A DNA stretch of 64,000 bases from Methanothermococcus sp. Ax23 (GTDB lineage Archaea; AGJL01; Methanococci; Methanococcales; Methanococcaceae). Below, piece after piece: positions 1 to 10,992 of the stretch. The notes below the pieces were generated by a model, which saw nothing but the letters and a program-made list of their open reading frames with translations, searched no databases and was not told the origin of the DNA. Location of the stretch: positions 192,001 through 256,000 of the forward strand of contig NZ_CP157522.1 of the NCBI RefSeq assembly GCF_049075655.1, read 5' to 3'. Numbering within the stretch: the first letter of the stretch is position 1; every line of letters begins with the position of its first letter. The translations under genes and the position numbers were made by a program.

Positions 1-945
1 TATATCATTATCTTCTATTTTTTTATTTACCTTTTGATATTTGTCAAAATTACATTCATCTGGAATTTGTATATACTCAGTATATTCTTTTATTTTTTTC
101 AAAGAATATCCTGATAGTTTTTGATATGTATTATTGATTTTTTCTTTCAATTTTGATGATACATTGTAATAATTTTCTACCAAATGATTATGAAATTTTT
201 TAATATCGGAATATTTTTGATTATTCGCTTTTGAAATAATTTCTAATACTTCATATTCACTATTATTTATTTTTAGTGTATTATAACGATAATCCAACGT
301 TATTAAGTTAGACAATAAACAATTTAATAATTTTTCATGTTCTATCTCGTATTTTATCGCCAGAAATGGCAACTCCCTATCTTTTAATTTAAAAGTTATA
401 TCGCCCCACTCTTCCCAGTCAATTGAATCAATTCCAACAAATTCTGAAAATTTATTTGATTTATCACGCTCCCAAACTTTAACGACAATGTTATCATCTA
501 GTATTTTTAATTTTATGAACCTTATCAAACCTTTCTTTGATATTAACGTATTTATTCTCTTTAATTCATCTTTTTCTTTACTCAATCCATCTAATTTTGA
601 GCAATGAATTATAAATATACTATTCTCTTTTGGTTTTATAATTACAGTCAATGATTTATTTAGCCCTTTTCCATTACCTCTTATAGCACCCTGCTCAAAG
701 TCATTCATTAATAATTCTGCCAGCATTTCATAATATTCAATATTTAGAAATCTTATGGAAAAGTCTTTCCAATTTTTTGGTAGGTTAGTTTCATTGAAAT
801 CATATTCTTTATTTGTTCTATCTTCACAAAATTTTATCATGTCTGAAATATATTCCTCAGATTCTCTATTTAATTGCTCTTCAATTATTTCAGAGTCTTC
901 TACAATACCATTTTTGAAAAAAACAATAATGTCATTATTTTTCAT
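1..945 (-). CDS. Hypothetical protein downstream of hsdS (runs off the window; not in ORF track)
   Basis: ATG at 945 after the RBS GAGGAGGGG; open to the window edge (MKNNDIIVFFKNGIVEDSEIIEEQLNRESEEY...), at least 315 codons. Confidence 0.8.
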   Translation of the reverse strand, partial: MKNNDIIVFFKNGIVEDSEIIEEQLNRESEEYISDMIKFCEDRTNKEYDFNETNLPKNWKDFSIRFLNIEYYEMLAELLMNDFEQGAIRGNGKGLNKSLTVIIKPKENSIFIIHCSKLDGLSKEKDELKRINTLISKKGLIRFIKLKILDDNIVVKVWERDKSNKFSEFVGIDSIDWEEWGDITFKLKDRELPFLAIKYEIEHEKLLNCLLSNLITLDYRYNTLKINNSEYEVLEIISKANNQKYSDIKKFHNHLVENYYNVSSKLKEKINNTYQKLSGYSLKKIKEYTEYIQIPDECNFDKYQKVNKKIEDNDI

Positions 946-968
946 ATCTACCCCTCCTCATTTAAATA

Positions 969-2168
969 TTAAACTAATTCCCCCTTAAATGCTTTATTTA
1001 AAATACTTTCTTTTAATTCTTTGAATAGGTTTAATTGTTTTTCTTGTAGTTGTTCTAATTTTTTTATTTTGTTATGTAGATTGTCTAAATATTCGGCGAT
1101 TTCTTTTTGTTTTTGTAGGTCTGGTTTGTTGTCTTTGTATGGGATAGGGATTAAAAGGCTTTCAAATTTTTTCTTAGTTATATGTTTCATGGTAGAACCA
1201 TGAGTTTTATCTGTAATACTCTTCAATATAGGCTTAATCGCGAAATACATATATTTTTTATCAATATATTCATTTTTCAACTCCACTTTAAAAATATGTT
1301 GATTTAATAGAGCCTTTCCACCACTCCAAATATATGCGTCAATTGAAGCAGACCACGATATTAGCAAATCCTCATTTTGAATATAGTATTTTTTTTCGAC
1401 AGGTTTTGAACAATAATTATATGGTGCGTTTGGATTATTTAAATTTTGAATTCTAATTATGGGTAGTCCCGTCTCTTCCCATTCAGAAGGCTTAAAAGCT
1501 CGTCCATTTATATATTTCCCCACATCTCCCAATCTAACCAATTTAAACCCTTCATCTTTAAAAACCTTATTTAAGACAGAATTAAATAAATCCTTTGTTT
1601 CATTTAATGCTTTTTGTCTTAATTCTATTGCTTTGTTAATATTGTTAAAGAGAGTTTCTATTTTATTAACAATTTCCTTTTGTTTTTGTAGGTCTGGTTT
1701 GTTGTCTTTGTATGGGATTGGGATTAAAATTTCTTTTAATTTTTTTGCATTAAAATTTGGTTTAACTCCTCCACTCGGCACTATTTGACTCCAATAATAT
1801 TTAGATTTAAAAAACATGTCTAAATAATAAGGATTAACAACATCTAAATTAGGTTTAATTTTTATCAGATAGGAAGCAAAAATTACGGGTTCTGAAAGAT
1901 TTTCTTTAATTAAATATGTTTTACCTGTTGTTGAACCAGTCCTTGCAAAAAGTATATCTCCTTTCTTTAAAATATATCTACTTATATCTTTTTCTGGCTT
2001 GCAATATGGGACATTCTCCCAATTTACATTGTTATCTTGTATATCAGTAATTCTTAAAAGTTTTATTCCAGTATTTTCTTTTAGAGCTTTTGTAGTGTAG
2101 CCATATTGTGGATTTTCTTTTAATAAATCTTCCAATCTAACCAATTTCCAACCATCTGGCAATTCCAT
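969..2168 (-). CDS. hsdS: Type I restriction-modification specificity subunit
   Basis: ELPDGWKLVRL start, two TRDs, repeated conserved segment IPIPYKDNKPDLQKQKEI, C-terminal LKESILNKAFKGEL. Confidence 0.97.
   Translation of the reverse strand: MELPDGWKLVRLEDLLKENPQYGYTTKALKENTGIKLLRITDIQDNNVNWENVPYCKPEKDISRYILKKGDILFARTGSTTGKTYLIKENLSEPVIFASYLIKIKPNLDVVNPYYLDMFFKSKYYWSQIVPSGGVKPNFNAKKLKEILIPIPYKDNKPDLQKQKEIVNKIETLFNNINKAIELRQKALNETKDLFNSVLNKVFKDEGFKLVRLGDVGKYINGRAFKPSEWEETGLPIIRIQNLNNPNAPYNYCSKPVEKKYYIQNEDLLISWSASIDAYIWSGGKALLNQHIFKVELKNEYIDKKYMYFAIKPILKSITDKTHGSTMKHITKKKFESLLIPIPYKDNKPDLQKQKEIAEYLDNLHNKIKKLEQLQEKQLNLFKELKESILNKAFKGELV
1099..1729. repeat. 58-bp direct repeat inside hsdS (1099-1156 and 1672-1729)
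   Basis: ATTTC(T/C)TTTTGTTTTTGTAGGTCTGGTTTGTTGTCTTTGTATGGGAT(A/T)GGGATTAAAA, 2 mismatches. Confidence 0.9.
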
Positions 2169-2178
2169 AATTTAACCC

Positions 2179-3684
2179 CTATAAATTACTTTTTATCTCT
2201 TCAATTATATTTTTAATATTAACATCAATCTCTTCAATCTCTTTTACAACTTCATTAGGTTCTTTATATTCGATTTCTTCTTTTTTATTTGGATTTTTGG
2301 CAGTTAAATCATAATCTCTTTTTTTAATCTCGTCAATGGAAACAATCCAACTATTTTCAGAAATTTCACGATTTTTAATTTTATTCAAAACATCCTCAAA
2401 ATCTTCATCTTTTATCCTTTGTTTTTTCGTATATTTGCCCTCTAACTCATAATACCAAATTTCTTTGGTTTTTCCCGTCTTCTCAAAAAATACAATATTT
2501 GTTTTAACTCCTGCTCCCATCTGACTAAATACACCCTGCGGTAGTGAGACAATGGCAAAAACATTAAATTTATTTAAGAGCTCTTCCCGAATTGTTTTGA
2601 ACTTTCCACCACCGAACATTATTTGACCCTCTGGAAGAATAACTCCTGCCCTTCCTCCATTTTTTAACTTCCTCATTATATATTGAAGTGCTAATGCCTC
2701 CGTAGATTGTATTTTGTGGGGGAAATTATCCTGAACCTTTTTATTCTCCCTACCACCAAATGGCGGATTTGTAATAATTATATCGTATTTTTCACTTTCT
2801 GGAACATTATGAACATCCTCATCTCCTAAGGAATTTCTCCTATAATAATTAGGAGTTAAAATGCCGTGCAAAACCATATTCATAGTCCCTAATAAATAAG
2901 GAAATGGCTTTTTTTCATGCCCATAAAGTGTTTTATACATCAAAGTTTCATGCTCTTGAACTGTCATCAATTCCCCGAGCTCATTCTGAATATATTTTAA
3001 TACCTCAATTAAAAAACCAGCAGAGCCTCCAAATGGGTCAAATACTTTTTCTCCTATTTTTGGTTTTATCACATTAATAATAAATCTTATAATAGGTCTC
3101 GGCGTATAAAATTCTCCGCCCCATCCTGCTTCATTACCCATATTTAATAGGAGCTCCTCATATATTTGAGATAAAACATGAGTATCCTCATAATCATCAG
3201 TATTAATATTATCAATTTTATTTATTACATCCACTAAATTATAAGTGGATTTCATTTTATTTCCTGAAATTTCTTTAAAAATGCTTGCAATTTTCTCCCT
3301 CCCGGGTGTTCCTTCCAAACTCCTCAGATATGGAAACAAAATATTATCTATGAAATAAACTAAGGTATCCTCTAAATCTTCTATTTCTTTAATCTCTTCA
3401 TCAACATCATCAACAAAATCCTTTAAACTCTCCTTAGGTTTTCCTATCCAGTCTCTTTTTGCCCAGTTTGACCATCTATATTTTTTATCGATTATGGGAA
3501 TATATTCCCTACCATCCATTAAAGCAGTTTCCTCCAACTCCTTTTCAACACTTTCAAACACTTTTAAAAACAAAAGCCACGACAATTGTTCCATATAATC
3601 CATAGCCCCAGAAGTTCCGTCGTCCTTTCTTAATATATCACATGCGGATTTTACTTCGCTTTTCACTATTGATTCTCTTTTCAT
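2179..3684 (-). CDS. hsdM: Type I R-M N6-adenine methyltransferase subunit
   Basis: GEFYTPR, DPFGGSAGF (motif I), NPPF (motif IV); adjacent to hsdS. Confidence 0.97.
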   Translation of the reverse strand: MKRESIVKSEVKSACDILRKDDGTSGAMDYMEQLSWLLFLKVFESVEKELEETALMDGREYIPIIDKKYRWSNWAKRDWIGKPKESLKDFVDDVDEEIKEIEDLEDTLVYFIDNILFPYLRSLEGTPGREKIASIFKEISGNKMKSTYNLVDVINKIDNINTDDYEDTHVLSQIYEELLLNMGNEAGWGGEFYTPRPIIRFIINVIKPKIGEKVFDPFGGSAGFLIEVLKYIQNELGELMTVQEHETLMYKTLYGHEKKPFPYLLGTMNMVLHGILTPNYYRRNSLGDEDVHNVPESEKYDIIITNPPFGGRENKKVQDNFPHKIQSTEALALQYIMRKLKNGGRAGVILPEGQIMFGGGKFKTIREELLNKFNVFAIVSLPQGVFSQMGAGVKTNIVFFEKTGKTKEIWYYELEGKYTKKQRIKDEDFEDVLNKIKNREISENSWIVSIDEIKKRDYDLTAKNPNKKEEIEYKEPNEVVKEIEEIDVNIKNIIEEIKSNL

Positions 3685-3824
3685 ACTATCACCTTTAACA
3701 TCCTAAAATACATAATAACATTACACTAATATGTAAAATACGGTAAAAAATTATAAAAATATTTTTTATACCCTCTTTAAAATTATAAAACTCTAAAAAA
3801 TAGAAAAAAGAATAAAAAATAAAC

Positions 3825-4025
3825 TTATTCAACCGTAGCAAAGCGAGTGGGCTATAAAATCCGTTAGGATTTTATTCAATCGGAGCGAAGCGGAGAGCTA
3901 TAAAAATCCCAAAGGGATTTTTATTCAATCACATCGAAGATGTGAGCTATAAAAATTACTTCGTAATTTTTATTCAACCACGAGCAAAGCGAGTGGGCTA
4001 TAAAATCCGTTAGGATTTTATTCAA
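3825..4025. repeat. Tandem array of four 47-49 nt double-hairpin modules
   Basis: Units 3833-3879, 3880-3928, 3929-3977, 3978-4025, each hairpin1-GCTA-hairpin2-TTCAA; the last unit overlaps the guaA stop codon. Confidence 0.9.
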
Positions 4026-4950
4026 ATTCAATTGTTGCCGGTGGTTTATCTGTAATATCTAAAACAACCCTTGCAACATTTGGAACTTCTGATGTGATTC
4101 TTTTACTTATTCTTTTCAATACACTGAATGGGAGCTCAGGCACACTTGCAGTCATTGCATCAAGGGATTCAACAAACCTTACTGCAACTACCCAATTGTA
4201 TTCTCTTATGTCTCCTTTAACTCCTGTTGCCTTTGTATCAAGCACAGCGGCAAAATACTGCCATAAATCTTTATCGAGACCTTCTTTTTCTATCTCTTCC
4301 TCAACTATGGCATTTGCTTCCCTGCACACTTCCAACTTTTCCTCTGTGATTTCCCCTAAAATTCTTACTGCAAGACCGGGTCCTGGGAATGGCTGTCTGT
4401 TTGCTATTTTATCTGGAAGCCCCAATTCTCTTGCCAATATTCTTACCTCATCTTTATATAATTCTCTCAACGGCTCAACAACTTCAAGCACCATTCCGCT
4501 TGGCAATGCTATGTTGTGGTGTGTTTTAATGTCCCCTTCACTTTCTATCCAATCTGGTGCAATAGTTCCCTGAACAAGAACCTCTTCACCGTTTTCCTTT
4601 GCAACTTCCTCAAATACTTCAATAAATAATCTTCCTATTATCTTCCTTTTCTCTTCTGGGTCATCTACTCCCTTTAATTCCTTTAAAAATAAGTCCTTTG
4701 CATTAATTATTTTTAAGTTAAGTCCCATATCTTCTTTAAATATTTTGTAAATTTCCTCTGCTTCATTTTTTCTCATAAGTCCTGTATCAACAAAGACTGC
4801 TAAAAGTCTGTCCCCTATTGCCCTGTCTGTAAGAACTGCGGCTACTGAACTATCTACGCCACCACTAAGTGCTATTATTGCCTTTTTGTCCCCTATTTGT
4901 TCCTTTATTTCTGAAATGGATTCTTCAATGAATTTTTTAGCATCAAACAT
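4018..4950 (-). CDS. guaAB: GMP synthase subunit B (ATPPase)
   Basis: [30 protein letters not shown]. Confidence 0.97.
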   Translation of the reverse strand: MFDAKKFIEESISEIKEQIGDKKAIIALSGGVDSSVAAVLTDRAIGDRLLAVFVDTGLMRKNEAEEIYKIFKEDMGLNLKIINAKDLFLKELKGVDDPEEKRKIIGRLFIEVFEEVAKENGEEVLVQGTIAPDWIESEGDIKTHHNIALPSGMVLEVVEPLRELYKDEVRILARELGLPDKIANRQPFPGPGLAVRILGEITEEKLEVCREANAIVEEEIEKEGLDKDLWQYFAAVLDTKATGVKGDIREYNWVVAVRFVESLDAMTASVPELPFSVLKRISKRITSEVPNVARVVLDITDKPPATIEFE

Positions 4951-5048
4951 ATAATATCACCATTTATATTCCATATTAGATTTTTAATCCACATTATAAT
5001 AATCTAATTTATTTTTTATTTTAATTTTATTTATTTCTTAATTATTTC

Positions 5049-6701
<1,653 letters not shown>

Positions 6702-6831
6702 CTAATAACATATAACAAATAACATATAACAAATATATAACCAACAGCTTACTTAAAAATATAAAGAATATATCTTATTGAAAATTATATAAAAATATAT
6801 GCAAATAAAAAAATAAAATTTAAAAAAAGAA

Positions 6832-7179
6832 TTATGCTACATTAGCACCTTGAATGGTTTTTTGTAATGATTCTTGTAAATCCATTAATCTCTTCTGCAT
6901 TTTTTCTTCCTGTTTTTCCAATGTTTTAGTCCTTAATTTTAAGGTTTCCAATTTTTCGTTTAATTCTTCTTCTATTTCTTTTTTATTTCTTTTTACAAGT
7001 ATGCCGCCAGCCATCTTATATACTTCCTCTGACTGTGATTTTCCCATCTCTTCCAACGCCTTTTCCATTTCTTTTATTTGTGCTTCTATCTGCTGTTTTT
7101 GGAAAACAATAGCCTGCAACTGCTGTTGAAGTTGTTGAAACTGCATTAATTGGTTTTGAACATTTGGTGGTAATTCCAT
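6832..7179 (-). CDS. pfdB: Prefoldin beta subunit
   Basis: Q-rich coiled coil, [10 protein letters not shown] hairpin; conserved superoperon position. Confidence 0.93.
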   Translation of the reverse strand: MELPPNVQNQLMQFQQLQQQLQAIVFQKQQIEAQIKEMEKALEEMGKSQSEEVYKMAGGILVKRNKKEIEEELNEKLETLKLRTKTLEKQEEKMQKRLMDLQESLQKTIQGANVA

Positions 7180-7243
7180 AATTTCCCTCCTTTTTTATTT
7201 ATAGTATTTTATATAACGTATAAATATTATATATCTATTATAT

Positions 7244-7558
7244 TTATTGTTCAGATGTTAATTTATAAATACTTTCCGCAACCTTTATCCATCTAATGTA
7301 TGAATACAACGATGCCTTTAAAATACTGAGCTCATCTGCAACAGTTTCTATAAATATTATGTTATTTTCAATTTTCATAATGCTCTTTGACCTTATCTGA
7401 GAATCAAGATGTTCTAAAAGTATGCTATCGTATATTATTTTTGCTTCATCTTCTGAACTGCATTCTATTTCCAAACTAAAAGATATATCAGACTTATGAT
7501 TAAATTTATCCACATTTATATTCAATTTACCCGCAGCATTAGATGTATTGGTGTTCAT
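7244..7558 (-). CDS. pcc1: KEOPS complex subunit Pcc1
   Basis: EAKIIYDSI...RS...I.A..LSILKASLYSYIRW pattern; sits before pfdB. Confidence 0.85.
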   Translation of the reverse strand: MNTNTSNAAGKLNINVDKFNHKSDISFSLEIECSSEDEAKIIYDSILLEHLDSQIRSKSIMKIENNIIFIETVADELSILKASLYSYIRWIKVAESIYKLTSEQ

Positions 7559-7622
7559 GATATCGTTTTTATTTATCTTTTTTATTTAACATATTTCCGC
7601 AAGAAGTCCCCACCCGTAAGGG

Positions 7623-7668
7623 ATTGAACAAAATCCTTCGGATTTTGTAGCCCTTCGCTTCGCTACGG
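7623..7668 (-). repeat. Double-hairpin module inserted into the IS left-end hairpin
   Basis: Minus strand CCGTAGCGAAGCGAAGG-GCTA-CAAAATCCGAAGGATTTTG-TTCAA-T; removing it restores CCCACCCGTAAGGGTGGG. Confidence 0.8.
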
Positions 7669-7746
7669 TGGGATGAATTGCGGACAAAATATATAAATGG
7701 TATAGTGATAACATACTATTTATAAGTTATCAAACTGTGATGCCCA

Positions 7747-8997
7747 ATGATAAGGACTTACAAGTTCAGGATTTATCCTTCAAAGAGTATCCAAAGAACA
7801 ATAGAGGAGCATCTAAATATATGTAGATACCTTTATAATTATCTTTTGGAACAAAAAACTAAGAATCCAAAACTAAACAAAATGGATACTCAAAAACTAA
7901 TTACAGAGCATAAGAGGGAGAATCCTGAACTTAAAAAAGTCCATTCAAAAGTATTACAGATGGTAAATAACAAGCTTTGGGGAAATCTCAAAGCATTAGG
8001 GGAACTAAAAAAGAATGGATTCAAAGTGGGGAAGTTAAGGTTCAAATCCTCTAAAAATCATTACAAAACATTAGAATACAATCAATCAGGTTTTAAGATT
8101 GATTATAACACTAAAAAACTAAAACTATCCAAGATTGGAGAAATTCCAATAGTATTACACAGAAACATCAAGGGAGAAGTTAAAGGAGTTATTATAAAAA
8201 AAGAACCTACTGGCAAGTGGTTTGCCTTCTTCCAAGTTGAGGAGGAACCTAAACCACTACCTAAAACTAACAAAGTTGTAGGTATCGATTTAGGAATCGA
8301 TGGTTATACCATCGATTCAGATGGTAATAAATTTGAAAATCCAAAGTTTATAGATAAGACATTGGATAAAATAAAGAGAGTTCAAAAGAACCTATCCCGA
8401 AAGGTTAAGGGTTCGAACAACTATAAAAAGACCAAACTAAAACTTATCAAGGTTTATGATAAACTAAACAATCAGAAAAATGATTTTCTACATAAGTTAT
8501 CTAGATACTACATAAATAACTACGATAAAATAATTTTAGAAGACTTAAATATAAAATCGATGGTTGAAAATGGAAAATGTAAGACCTTAAACCGTCATAT
8601 TCTTGACGGTTCATGGCGTAAATTCATAAATCTACTTCTCTACAAGGCGGAGGGTGCTGGTAGAGAAGTAATATTAGTAAATCCCCATTATACTTCTAAA
8701 AAATGTTCCAACTGCGGGCATGTTGTTAAAGACTTAAAACTTTCAGATAGAATCTTTTTTTGTCCTGTCTGCGGTTGGAAAATCGATAGGGATTATAACG
8801 CATCCCTAAATATATTAAAGTCAGGGCTGGGAGAGTCCGTTGTGCCTGCCGAGAGAAAACCTCTGCTCCAAACTATTTCTTATAAAGAAGTGGTTTTGGG
8901 GCAAGTTTTCTCAATGAATCAGGAAGCCTTGCCCGAAGGGCGAGGGCTACGAAAACCGAAAGGTTTTCGTTTAACCCCGTCCGTAAGGGCGGAGTAA
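7747..8997 (+). CDS. tnpB: RNA-guided endonuclease TnpB
   Basis: N-terminal YKFRIYP HTH, RuvC motifs GIDLG, LEDL and DRDYNA, zinc finger CSNC...CPVC. Confidence 0.96.
   Translation: MIRTYKFRIYPSKSIQRTIEEHLNICRYLYNYLLEQKTKNPKLNKMDTQKLITEHKRENPELKKVHSKVLQMVNNKLWGNLKALGELKKNGFKVGKLRFKSSKNHYKTLEYNQSGFKIDYNTKKLKLSKIGEIPIVLHRNIKGEVKGVIIKKEPTGKWFAFFQVEEEPKPLPKTNKVVGIDLGIDGYTIDSDGNKFENPKFIDKTLDKIKRVQKNLSRKVKGSNNYKKTKLKLIKVYDKLNNQKNDFLHKLSRYYINNYDKIILEDLNIKSMVENGKCKTLNRHILDGSWRKFINLLLYKAEGAGREVILVNPHYTSKKCSNCGHVVKDLKLSDRIFFCPVCGWKIDRDYNASLNILKSGLGESVVPAERKPLLQTISYKEVVLGQVFSMNQEALPEGRGLRKPKGFRLTPSVRAE
8927..8974 (+). repeat. Double-hairpin module inserted in frame in the tnpB 3' end / IS right end
   Basis: CCTTGCCCGAAGGGCGAGG-GCTA-CGAAAACCGAAAGGTTTTCG-TTTAA (48 nt); removing it restores QEAPSVRAE. 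Confidence 0.8.
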
Positions 8998-9045
8998 TTC
9001 ACTTGATTTTACGATAAAATTACATTTAATCATTATGTGGCAATA

Positions 9046-9546
9046 TTATTCGATTTCTAAAATCTTTAAAGATTTAACAATAATTAAAGGCCCTACCTTT
9101 TTATCATTTTCATAAAATTGTATATAAAATATATTCTTATCTGATGAAGAACCTTCAAAACACATCCTAAAAGGCGAATTACCATTAACTACTCCAAAAT
9201 CACTAAAAAAATCATAAAATAGTTTCCGATATTTTTTGGTGTTTCCCATGAACTCCATGCTTATTTTTCCTTCCAAATTTGCAGTTTCTTCTTCGCAGAC
9301 TTCTCTTTGAAGCTTTGCAGATATTAGTATAGATATTATTTTATTTCTATTAACATCATAAAACTTTATTTTTCCAGGGTTTCCTTTATATTCTTCTACG
9401 ACAATCAATTTGCTGTATTCATTGAGAATATCCTTTAATGGAGTTTTACCTCGAGTTAATATTTTTGCATTGAGTATTCTTGCCAAATCATTTACAAAGC
9501 TTCGTGTTCTTTGAGAAGGTTTTCTTGATGTTGTAATTACCATCAT
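9046..9546 (-). CDS. Brix/Imp4-domain ribosome biogenesis protein
   Basis: ITTSRKPSQRTRSF...RGK...GNPG. Confidence 0.92.
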   Translation of the reverse strand: MMVITTSRKPSQRTRSFVNDLARILNAKILTRGKTPLKDILNEYSKLIVVEEYKGNPGKIKFYDVNRNKIISILISAKLQREVCEEETANLEGKISMEFMGNTKKYRKLFYDFFSDFGVVNGNSPFRMCFEGSSSDKNIFYIQFYENDKKVGPLIIVKSLKILEIE

Positions 9547-9577
9547 TCTATTACCTATTGTAATATATTTTACCTAA

Positions 9578-9718
9578 TTACCTTGCTTTTACTTCTTTAA
9601 TCACTCTTGGTCTTAATTTTATCAAAATCTTATTACTACAGTGAGGACATTTTGCTTTTAAACCTAATTCCTCTTGGGTTATGATTTTACCACAATTTGA
9701 ACATTTATACTCCGCCAT
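9578..9718 (-). CDS. rpoP: RNA polymerase subunit P (Rpo12), 46 aa; not in ORF track
   Basis: MAEYKCSNCGKIITQEELGLKAKCPHCSNKILIKLRPRVIKEVKAR; GGTGA RBS; follows rpl37ae. Confidence 0.95.
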   Translation of the reverse strand: MAEYKCSNCGKIITQEELGLKAKCPHCSNKILIKLRPRVIKEVKAR

Positions 9719-9778
9719 AATTTCACCAAAAAAATAAAAAATAACTATGAATTAAATAAAATTAAAAGAAAAAATAAA

Positions 9779-10069
9779 TTAGATTTCTCTGCTCTTGCTC
9801 TCGATAACTCTTCTTATTGCCTTTGCCACTACTTTACCAGCACCTGTTTCTGGTGTGTATGCCCCACCAGCCATTTTAGCACCGCATTTTTTACAGCTCC
9901 ATATTGAAGTGCTGACTCTTTTTAATTTTGGGAATCCACAAACAGGACATTTATACTCTTTTTTCTGTTTTATTTCAACATCTCTAACTCTAACTCTAAT
10001 TTTTCTACCGTATCTTGGTCCAAATCTTCCTGCTGAACCTATCTTTTTTGTATGGCTAAATTCTGGCAT
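9779..10069 (-). CDS. rpl37ae: 50S ribosomal protein L37Ae (eL43)
   Basis: [12 protein letters not shown]...WSCKKC, GGAYTP; ATG 10069 after GGTGA. Confidence 0.96.
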   Translation of the reverse strand: MPEFSHTKKIGSAGRFGPRYGRKIRVRVRDVEIKQKKEYKCPVCGFPKLKRVSTSIWSCKKCGAKMAGGAYTPETGAGKVVAKAIRRVIESKSREI

Positions 10070-10165
10070 TCTTATCACCGTTTTATTTTTTTATTTATTT
10101 TTTTACGATATGATTATATTTTCATATTCTATGTGAGATTATGTGAATTACTTCCCTAGTTTCCA

Positions 10166-10867
10166 TTAAAATCTTTTTAAGAGTTTAGTTTGAACATTGC
10201 CTTTTGTGACTTTGTTTAAATATCCGTAGAATTCATTTTCAATTCCACTTGGGATTTCAATAACAAATACCAAAGAACCATCGGACTGCCATTCCTCCTG
10301 TTTTATCGTCCCATATTCATGGAGTGAATGGTAGGCCGACGCAGCATATTCTGGCGGTATTCTAACTGCAATTTCCCTTTTTTCAAATTTAATTGGTAAT
10401 ACCCTTTTAAGGTCTTTAATAATGTTAGGAATTTGCTCTTCGGCACTTTTGTAAATATCAATATTTGCCCGTATCTCCTCCAATGCATTTTCAATTCTTT
10501 TTGGAGGATGCGGGGTGTCAGTTTGAGGGTTTATAGTGTTTCTTGCAATTAAAGAAACGATTTGTTTCCTCTTCTGTTCTTTCATCTCTTTTCTCTGCTG
10601 GGCGGTAAGCTGAACATTGCCTTTTAATATAATTTTTTTGGCTATTTCATGAATATCCATTGTTCCAAAAACTTTTTCCAGCAATTCTTCTGAAGCTTTT
10701 TCTCCTTTTCCAGAATCTTTATAAACCGCCTCAGCCGCCAGTATGTCAGAAATATCTATTGGCTGACCTTCTTTTAATTTAGCAGCTAAATAAGGGTCCA
10801 CCAATATTTCAAATTTTTCCCCATGGGATTGAAGCCGTGCAATTACAGCCTTTTCCAACGACACCAT
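10166..10867 (-). CDS. Ribosome maturation factor SBDS/SDO1
   Basis: [25 protein letters not shown]. Confidence 0.95.
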   Translation of the reverse strand: MVSLEKAVIARLQSHGEKFEILVDPYLAAKLKEGQPIDISDILAAEAVYKDSGKGEKASEELLEKVFGTMDIHEIAKKIILKGNVQLTAQQRKEMKEQKRKQIVSLIARNTINPQTDTPHPPKRIENALEEIRANIDIYKSAEEQIPNIIKDLKRVLPIKFEKREIAVRIPPEYAASAYHSLHEYGTIKQEEWQSDGSLVFVIEIPSGIENEFYGYLNKVTKGNVQTKLLKRF

Positions 10868-10992
10868 AATATCCCTTTTTTTTATTTATATACCTTTCGA
10901 TATAATGATTAATATTTAATAATTTACATACATCTATAAAAAATATATTGAATAAAATAAATATAAATACAGATATAAAAAGAAATAATTAT

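Larger units (their letters stand above)
7590..9002 (+). mobile_element. IS200/IS605-family element carrying tnpB only (IS1341-like)
   Basis: LE hairpin CCCACCC-GTAA-GGG[insert]TGGG; RE GAAG[insert]CCCCGTCC-GTAA-GGGCGGAG...TCAC ending at 9002; no tnpA. Left boundary approximate. Confidence 0.85.

Noticed and set aside
3825-4025. CRISPR or TIGR-type array
   Set aside because: The constant parts are only 4-8 nt, the variable parts are self-complementary hairpins rather than unique spacers, units 1 and 4 repeat, and there is no cas or Nop-domain gene or C/D box nearby.
6707-6734. 14-bp tandem duplication AACATATAACAAAT upstream of pyrG
   Set aside because: Low complexity and only two copies; probably slippage.
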